Shown here: positions 54,878-64,000 of the stretch, piece by piece
Position numbering within the stretch: position 1 is the stretch's first letter
How the letters are laid out: each line of letters begins with the position of its first letter
DNA from: Octopus sinensis
Taxonomy: Eukaryota
Length of the DNA stretch: 64,000 bases
Direction: 5' to 3'
Assembly: GCF_006345805.1 (NCBI RefSeq)
Contig: NC_043010.1
Coordinates: forward strand, 32,364,001-32,428,000
Made by a program: the position numbers and the translations under genes
Notes under the pieces: generated by a model
What the model was told of the DNA's origin: nothing
Database searches by the model: none
The model's input: only the letters and a program-made list of their open reading frames with translations

Positions 54878-56129
54878 CTACATACATATAGTGTATACAC
54901 ACATACAGACCTACATATATTTATATATATTTTCAAATAGTAGAGTCTGCAAAGGCCTGCTGATATGGGATTTGGAAGGATATTTTTCGTGTTGGTTAAG
55001 GGTAAATGCATGGCCTTTGCTTATGAATCCCCTATTTTCATAAATCTTTCAATTCACTTTCCATTGTTACTTGTTATAGGTAGCACCATGTATTTGACAT
55101 GTATGCATGCACACTCACACATACACACACATACATAATACAATATACACACATATATATGCACACACACCCATAACCATACCTATATTGTGTATAATTA
55201 GCACTGGTTACAAATGAGGAGTATTTTGAAATGGGAATCACTTTTTACATCTGACCTTATGGGCTTAGCTTATGTTTGCTCTGCATAGGCCTCTGTGTGT
55301 ATACATACATATACATATGTGCATACATATGTACATACATACATAACAAATTAGAAGTTCAGGTTTATACTTGTAGTTCTTGGGTACTGGAATATGTAAC
55401 ACACTGCCTAAATACCAATCTGGAGAAATTAAGCTTCTCAAAATGAGAAAGGAGAAAGCTGATTCAAAGGCTACAGTTTCAAGCCATCTCGGAAACTATA
55501 AAAATCTGTAAAACTTTCCAGAAGTTTATCATTTAAGTAAATATATGCATGTATAAACGTGTAGTTATATGCATAAGAATACATACATAAAGCAAAACAT
55601 ACAAATCTAAATACATACATACGTTCATATGGGTATATAATCATCATTTAATGTCCAACTTCCAAGCTAGTATGTATTAAACTATATGCACACACACACA
55701 CACACACATAAACAGCAGTTTGCAATGTTTCACTAAAGAAGAGAATTACAATTGTCACTAAATGTGACTAGGGTGTTAGGAAACACTCACATTGCTAGAA
55801 ATAAGAGCTAAATCACTCTAATGCTATTAAACTATAGCATTAATGCTATTAAACTATAGAATTAAAGCACTTGAATTAAAGCACTTGAATGAAAACATAT
55901 ACACTAACAGGGACTATAATCATCCAAAAAGTGCCAGTTAAGAATTCTTAATATTGACGCATCAGTTTCAGCAATTTCCATTGCCTCATCAGTTAAAACA
56001 GCTCAGCTTTGGCTCTTTCTGGACTCTCTTCGCCATTATTATCTATGTTTCCGTTATCCAAATAATTGAATGATTTAGTGATTCCCTGATGTGTATACAT
56101 ATAAAATTAATATAAACATCACTTTGCAA

Positions 56130-56171
<42 letters not shown>

Positions 56172-57284
56172 GGGGGGTAGTAAGGTAGCTAAACACAGGC
56201 TTGAGACATATCCCTGTCTTTACATGGAGCACAAAATACAGATTATAAAATAAAAAAATATATTGAAAAAAATAATCTTATTTCAACAGCTGTTTCAGGA
56301 AGCCAAACTCACATAATAACCATTTATAAACCCACCTACATACACCACTTCAAGTCCCAGAATTTTCCTTATACATTATCCTAGTCCATATGTTTTTGTG
56401 GGAGCCCATTCAATGCTAAGCTTTGTATTTGTATATTATGTTGCTGGGAATCACTCACAATATTACATAAAAATGAGACTGCTTAATCTATTCTCTGACA
56501 ATTTTCTCCTACAGAATAAATTCTTTGGCACTCATTATGTAATGTCATTATAATTTCTTCTTATCTTAGCTAGAAAATTTTTTTCTCGCTGCACTTGTAT
56601 TATGTCCTACTACTCCTACTGTTTTGGTTTTATATTTAATCTTCCCACTCCTGTGTATCTATTGCCTCAGATTCTTAGTTGTCTTATTTTCATCTACTTT
56701 GATCCCCATTAAGTGAACTAACAATAATTTCCTTCAGTCAGCTACTAACATTTATCTTCTTTATATATGGTCTTTTCCTGATTGTTCTTCATCTTGTCTT
56801 GCCTCTTAACTACCACACTCTCTCTCATTATTTCCATTTGCTTTCTGTAGCCCTTACTCTGCTCACTTCCCTTTAAACTTTTGTATGTATAAACACTTCT
56901 AAATAACTTGTATTTGCCACTCTACTTTTGAAAAAGGAGGCCAAATTTACTTAACAATTTTGTCTGGACTTGTCAATGGTTGCACACATTTAGCATCATG
57001 TGTATCCCACTAATGAATATGGTCATTACATATGATTGACCTCTTAAAACAGTTGTTGAGATAACACATTATATAATGTTCTTATTTTTCTTTATTTTAT
57101 AATCTTTGTTTTGTTTTCCATGTCTCAAGACTAACTGTTTTTATCTATCTGACTACATTTTTAACAGATCTATTTGGATTGCTCTTATTGCCACTTCACA
57201 TTCATTTGAACACTATTCTATATTATTCATACTGCACTTATTTTACTCTTGCCTACTCACACTCTCTTTCTCTCTCTCTCTCTG

Positions 57285-57363
<79 letters not shown>

Positions 57364-57391
57364 ATCTATATATATATATATATATATATAT

Positions 57392-58427
57392 AGTTATCGC
57401 CATACTAATATGGCATTCTTATAAAAATAAGAAAAAAGCTGTCCGCTTATTAGCTCCATGAGGCCATCGCCTTAAGTTAGCTATTTGATACACAAACTGT
57501 ATCCATATAACCTTCGAACAAGGGAGGTCAGTCGCTCCACACTACTTGACCGGCAGCTACAGACGCGTTTCGGGATATTGCCCCTTTTCAATGCAGCGTA
57601 GCCAGCCAGTAGGTGTCGCTTCCGACAATCTCTGTTCGATGGTTTTATTTACCTAGTTTCGGTGGAATACATCCACTTGTTTTCAATAATAGAAATATTA
57701 AAATAACTAAGTCTCTCTAAAAGAGAACAGCGGCAGCGTTCCCGGAAAATAATAGTTATCGCCATACTAATATGGCATTCTTATAAAAATAAGAAAAAAG
57801 CTGTCCGCTTATTAGCTCCATGAGGCCATCGCCTTAAGTTAGCTATTTGATACACAAACTGTATCCATATAACCTTCGAAGGTTATATGGATACAGTTTG
57901 TGTATCAAATAGCTAACTTAAGGCGATGGCCTCATGGAGCTAATAAGCGGACAGCTTTTTTCTTATTTTTATAAGAATGCCATATTAGTTTGGCGATAAC
58001 TATTATTTTCCGGGAACGCTGCCGCTGTTCTCTTTTAGAGAGACTTAGTTATTTTAATATTTCTATTATTGAAAACAAGTGGATGTATTCCACCGAAACT
58101 AGGTAAATAAAACCATCGAACAGAGATTGTCGGAAGCGACACCTACTGGCTGGCTACGCTGCATTGAAAAGGGGCAATACCCCGAAACGCGTCTGTAGCT
58201 GCCGGTCAAGTAGTGTGGAGCGACTGACCTCCCTTGTTCGAAGGTTATATGGATACAGTTTGTGTATCAAATAGCTAACTTAAGGCGATGGCCTCATGGA
58301 GCTAATAAGCGGACAGCTTTTTTCTTATTTTTATAAGAATGCCATATTAGTATGGCGATAACTATTATTTTCCGGGAACGCTGCCGCTGTTCTCTTTTAG
58401 AGAGACTTAGTTATTTTAATATTTCTA

Positions 58428-58430
<3 letters not shown>
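57392..58430. repeat. Palindromic partial-tandem array of a 362-bp unit (retrozyme or pseudo-LTR-like)
   Basis: Unit starts at 57392 and 57754. Symmetry axis in TTCGAA at 57877/57878. The right arm holds ~1.5 inverted units. (TA)n on both sides. Confidence 0.95.
58153..58199 (+). ncRNA. Minimal type I hammerhead ribozyme, U3-A8 core variant
   Basis: CTGCA-TTGAAAA-GGGG caata CCCC-GAAA-CGCGT-C-TGTAG. Predicted cleavage after C58193. Mirror copy at 57556-57602 on the minus strand. Confidence 0.75.
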
Positions 58431-58455
<25 letters not shown>

Positions 58456-58461
<6 letters not shown>

Positions 58462-58601
58462 ATTTAGGAATGGTCATTTTGCCAGTTTAGCCGATAAAAA
58501 CACACGCACTATATATTTGGTGTTACTTTGCTTCAGTGTTATTTATTTTTTACATTAATCTTAATCTTAATCTTATTTCGGCCAGAGTTCTTTCGTCACA
58601 C
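58456..58601 (+). mobile_element. Third, truncated copy of the PLE terminal repeat
   Basis: Nearly identical to ~13575-13715. Breaks off inside stem II of the HHR-like motif. Confidence 0.9.
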
Positions 58602-59524
58602 GAAGATTTGGTAAAATCATGTAGAGGTCATGCACTAGCAGCCAAGGCACCACTGGTGTAATACCAATCATGGCCTGAGATGGATAGTCAGTGGTCCAAT
58701 GTACATATAGACTATACTGTGCATACTACTTGATCATTGTTGATAGCCTTACAAAGTGGTTGGAAGTATGTAGGTGCAGTCAGCCTACCTCGAAGACAAC
58801 CATAATGTTCCTGCATGAACTTTTTGCTCGATACAGTGTTCCAGACCTCATAGTATCTGACAATGGAACACAATTTACAGAATATGAGTTCAAGAAATTC
58901 TGCAAAATGCATGCAGTCAAGTACAAGTTTACCCCACCCTACCACTCAAGGTCAAATGGGCAAGCAAAACGATTTGTAGATACTTTCAAGTGAGCACTAA
59001 AAAAAAGGCAAGGAACAAGTTAGGAAATGACAAAGCTCTAACTAAATTCTTAAGAGTGTACAGAATAACACTCAAGCTGAATACCAGTTCAGGCAAGTCA
59101 TCTGCAGAGTTAATGTTCACTCAAAAGATTAAATCGATTTTCAACAAATTGTTGCCAAAGTTAAAAATGTATAGAGAAAATACAAAAAATTCAACTAAAC
59201 ATTTTGATTTTGGAAACAAAGTCCATTTCAAAGTATACAAGAATGGTAAAGAGAGTTGGCGGGATGATGTAGTGACTAAAAGAACAGAAAATAAAAGGCC
59301 AACAACGGGAGCATAAATGACACCAAAATCAATTAAAAATCAGGCATACAGAAGAAAGAAAGGAAATTCCAATGGAAGTGTTTTATGGTGTGTCAGCACC
59401 AAAAGACATTGATCCTAGAAAGTACAGTAACAGAAAACGTAAACAGACTGAACATTTAGAAATAATTCCTAAGTAGAAAAGGTACTAAACTCCCTAGGGA
59501 AGCAAAATTTAAAAAAGGGAGAGG
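58602..59524 (+). mobile_element. Ty3/Gypsy integrase remnant with polypurine tract
   Basis: LIIVDSLTKWLEV, IVSDNGTQFT and PPYHSRSNGQAKRFVDTFK. PPT AAAAAAGGGAGAGG is followed by TGTT at 59525, the probable LTR start. Confidence 0.9.
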
Positions 59525-60310
59525 TGTTGGTAAGAAAGAAAAAATAATAATAATCATAAAATAAATTTTGTTTCCTACAGAAGTTGAAATCTCGAAAGGG
59601 GGGAAGTTGTGGCCAGAGTCATGACACCACCTATGAGAATAGACTTGACCGAACAACTACAGATAGTAGTGGCCTATGTGAGAGACAGAAAGAGTAGGCG
59701 TTAATTGCAGGAAGTCGTAAGGTGTCATTTTGATAGTTTATAGGAATATTGTTTGTTGGTTTGTGTATAGTTCATGGAGAGTTATATATTTTATTGTTAC
59801 TACATGGTTGTACTGAAAACAAGTATCATCATAAATAGAGACAAACTACAATAATAGGTGATATATAACTACATTACAATAGAAACACACATAATCTGCA
59901 GACCATGATGACAGAAGTGGACACCCACTACTAGGTGATAGGCCTTAAAATGAATTACATGGAAACAAAAGACATGCCATCTGAAGATGTAGCACATGGC
60001 TTAATAGAGGTGGGACATGATGAAATTGAGGAGATAAAGGAGTAAGTTTACTTAGAGCACACAGTGAATATGCACTGAGACATGGATGCTGAAATCTTAA
60101 GGAGAATAAAGGTAGATGGAAGACATTTGCCTCAATGAAGGATGTGCTCAAAGCAAAGTTGGTTAAGACCAAATATTCCTGGCTGTTCAATAGCACTGTC
60201 CTACCTGCAAACTTATATGTAAGTGAAAGGTGAGCTACTAAGAAGAGAAAAGAACATCAATTGACTATAATGCAAAGGGCCATGGAAAGATTCATCTAGG
60301 AATAACATTA

Positions 60311-61325
60311 CAAGAACATTCAACATCAAATCATTTGAGAATGGAGTGAAGTGAACGATGTTATCACAGAAATTTTGTAGCGGTGACGAGAGTCTTGAAG
60401 ATGATAGGCATAGTGGTCGACCATCAGATGTTGACAATGATCAACTAAGAGCCTTAATCGAAGCCAGTCCATGCACAACTGTTCAAGAGCTTGCTTCTGA
60501 ATTAGATGTAACATATATGACAATTTCCAACCACTTGAAAGAGATTGGGAAAACAAAAATACTTGAGAAATGGGTGTCACACAAATTGAATGACAACCCA
60601 AAAAAACACCGTTTTGAAGTGTCATCTTCCCTTCTTTTACGCAACAAGAATGACCCATTTCTCAACTGGATTGTGACTTGTGATGAAAAGTGGATTCTTT
60701 ACGACAACCAGCGATGCTCAGCTCAGTGGTTGGATGCCAACGAAGCTCCACGCCACTTACCGAAGCCAAAGCTGCACCAAAAGAAGGTCATGGTGACTGT
60801 TTGGTGGTCTGTGGCAGGTCTCATCCATCACAGCTTTTTGGAACCAGGTGAAACCATTACGGCAGAGAAGTACTGTCAGCAAATGGATGAAATGCATAAG
60901 AAACTCCGACAACAGCCATCATTGGTCAATAGAAAAGGACCAATTCTTCTACACAACAATGCTCGGCTGCACGTTGCACAACTGACCCTGCAGAAGTTGA
61001 ACAAATTGGGCTACGAAACTCTGCCTCATCTGCCATAGTCACCAAACCTGTCGCCTACTGACTATCACTTTTTCAAGCATCTTGACAACTTCCTGCATGA
61101 GAAATGCTTCAAAAACCAAGACAATGCCAAACACACCTTCAACGACTTCATTGACACCAGAACACAAGATTTTTAATGCTACTGGCATAAATAAACTTGT
61201 TTCACATTGGCAAAAGTGTGTTGATTCTGATGGTGTTTATTTTAATTAATAAAGTTTTGTTTGAGCTGAGATATTTGCATCTGAATTTAAAGATTAAAAA
61301 CCACAAGAACTTCCTTGGCAACCTA

Positions 61326-61326
<1 letters not shown>
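60311..61326 (+). mobile_element. 5'-truncated mariner, defective transposase
   Basis: ORF 60358-61038 has TCDEKW and HNNAR (second D changed to N), with a stop in the HPPYSP motif. 3' TIR ..CTTGGCAACCTAA|TA. Confidence 0.92.
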
Positions 61327-61378
<52 letters not shown>

Positions 61379-61917
61379 ATACATACATATACATATATAT
61401 ATAGAGAGATATTGGTATATATACACACTCATGAACTCTCTCTCACACACACTCCTACACATATATATGGGAAAACAGATGTTAAAGTGGTAATGGTGAA
61501 GATGATGTTGTTGATGATGATGATGATGATGATGATGCCACTACTGCTGTCAACATCAACAATAAAATAATTGCCATGGTGTATTTTATATTTAGTGTCA
61601 CGCAAAGTATCCTAACTAATTTTGAATATCTTTATAGATAATGCGTAACTATAGAATTTACGCAGCCATAGAAATTACGAATGCTTTGAATTTTTCTGGA
61701 AAATAATTCAACTTGCTATAAGATTTAATGAATAGATGCAGCCCAAGTAATTATCAACATCTGTTTATATACAGAACTTAGTATAGGATATTGGATATAA
61801 TGTAATATCCCATGTAATTTCGATCATTTTTTAATATAGAATATAAGTGTATAATATTCTACGTATATAACATTTAATTACAGTTATATGTTTAGAAAAT
61901 TGTTGAAAATAACCTAT

Positions 61918-61991
<74 letters not shown>

Positions 61992-62290
61992 CACCCTCTC
62001 TCTCTCTTTCTCTCCCCCGTCTCTCTCTCAGGAGAACTGCTAAATATCTTGAAAATGATTGTTTGTATGATTATGATAGTCAATAGTGACCCATGTGAGT
62101 GAGCATATGAGAGATTATTCTCAGGTGGGGCATTTGTTTATGTGTGGGAACTGTGTGTATATGCGTATTTGTGTATGTATATATAAAGCAAAAAGTACAA
62201 AAAGAAACGATGGGAGGGACAAGTTTTAACAAATGTATTAGTTTAACACGTGTATGTATGCAAGCAATGCATAAGTTGTGTGTGCATGTA

Positions 62291-63567
62291 TTGGGTTGTC
62301 TGGAAAATTTGTGTCAATTTTTAAAGGAAAGAAAAAGGTCAATAAATACTTGCCATTACATTTTTAACCAACCAAATATGAACCATTTTGTTGCACAATG
62401 TGTCTCCATCTTTCCTTTAACTTGAAAATACCATCTTTCCAGAATTGAGATGGTTTCATGGCAAAGAATTCATCAAGGTATCTTTTCAAGTCATCCAAGG
62501 TATTGAAATTTTTACCTTTAAGATTATTCTGCAGAGACCTGAATAAGTGAAAATCCAAAGGAGCAATATCTGGTGAATATGGCGGGTGGGGTAACACATC
62601 CCAGCTGAGCTGCAGCAATTTTTGTCTGGTTCCCAAAGAAACATGCAGTCTTGCATTATCATGTTGGAAAACAACATCCTTCCTGTTGGCCAATTCTGGA
62701 CATTTCTCTTGAATTGCTGCTTTTAACTCATCCAGTTGTGTGCAGTATTTCTCAGAATTAATTGTCTGGTTACTGAGAAGCTCATAGTACAGAATTCCTT
62801 TCCAATCCCACCAGACACAAATGAAGACTTTTTTAGGGTGAAGACCCACTTTTGGGGTGGCTAAGGGTGGTTCATGTCACTTACTCTAGGATCCCTGTCT
62901 CTGAACATTTCGGTAGATAATCCATTTCTCATAACCTGTCACAATTTGCTTTAAAAAGGGCACGTTTTCATTCTATTTAAAAAGCGAATCACAGATGGAA
63001 ATGCGGCCCAAAAGGTTCTTCTCACTCAACTCATGTGGTACTCAAACATCGTAGTGATTTGTGTACCCAAGCTTTACCAGGTGCTCATGACAGATTTTGA
63101 TAGATTGAGGCTTTCTGCCAATTTTTGGGTTGTGCAATGTGGATTATTCTCAATGAATGACTTGATTTGGTCATCATCTGTAGTGGATGGTCTGCCTGAT
63201 CGCTCTTTATCAATAACGCTACAATCTCCAGCTCGGAACCTTACGAACCACTTCTGAACAGTTCTTTTAGGTAAAGAAACATCACCGTAAACTGCGCATA
63301 TTTCTTTGGTTACTTGTGAGGCATTTTTCCCTTTACGGGAAAAGGAAAGCATTAAGTGCCGAAAATGAACTTTCTTATCTTCCATTTTAAAGGGTTACAG
63401 AATTAACACAGATTATAGGAACATAAACCTTCTTCCACGAAAAGATAGCTTAAACTGTGCTCTAAATGGAGGTGTAGTCAAATCCTATTTTATGGACTCA
63501 ACCATGTTCTAAAATAAGTCAAAAGTTAACCTACTATAAATCAGCACAGACTTTCCGGACAACCTAA
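62291..63567 (-). mobile_element. Full-length mariner (1277 bp), defective
   Basis: TA|TTGGGTTGTCTGGAAA...TTTCCGGACAACCTAA|TA. Split ORFs 63074-63385 and 62364-62849 with HDNARLH and YSPDIAPLDF. First catalytic motif reads TGYEKW. Confidence 0.93.
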
Positions 63568-63573
63568 TATATA

Positions 63574-64000
63574 GGTACAGGGTGCAGTAAATAAATTGTC
63601 GTCAGAATTACACAAAAATGAAAATAACACTGACATCTCATTTTAACAGATGTATTTACCAAAATTACATAAAAATATCTTGAAATACTAAAGAGTTAAA
63701 TTTATTCAATAAAATCACCATTGCCTTTGACCATGGTCTCTAGACAACTTCAGAATCTCCTGCAACTCTTCTGAACGATCTCCTTGTTTAAGTTGATGAA
63801 TGCTGCCATGATCCTTGCCTTCAGTTCACCTTGGTGTTACAAGAAGTTTTATTGGTCTCTTGCTCAGCTGTGCCCCACACATGATAATCAGGGGCTTTGG
63901 AATCTGGGTGACTATTTACCCATCGCACCCTGTATATCTGCATATTTCTGAAAATGATAAAAATTAAGCATCCAGTCAACATCATGGTGTTTGGAGCGAC
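63574..64000 (-). mobile_element. End of a third Tc1/mariner-type element, continuing beyond the window
   Basis: TA|CAGGGTG terminus. Minus-strand remnants resemble SPDxNPLD..VWG at a transposase C-terminus. Confidence 0.6.

Noticed and set aside
60358-61038. SETMAR-like domesticated gene
   Set aside because: No SET domain, a catalytic Asp is mutated, there is a premature stop, and the TIR is retained. It is an ordinary dead mariner.

Overview
AT-rich, microsatellite-dense animal genomic DNA, most likely an Octopus species, inferred from the tRNA-derived SINE and RTE repeat families rather than from a database search. Most of the window is nested, decayed transposable elements: Penelope-like elements (PLEs), RTE and R4-like LINE pieces, Helitron Rep and helicase pieces, pogo/Tigger, two mariners, a third Tc1/mariner-type end, a Gypsy integrase and many SINEs. 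A few open segments with splice signals on the minus strand may be exons of an unidentified host gene. The most striking unexplained layer is a series of sequence-unrelated palindromes and inverted repeats that carry minimal type I hammerhead ribozyme (HHR) motifs. The best case is a young, nearly perfect ~1 kb palindrome (57392-58430) built from a non-coding 362-bp tandem unit, whose HHR has the compensated U3-A8 core variant, consistent with a retrozyme or circular-RNA retroelement. A nearly intact 5'-truncated PLE (RT + GIY-YIG) lies between ~490-bp inverted repeats that carry a different HHR-like variant. All calls were made by eye; the boundaries of decayed elements are approximate.
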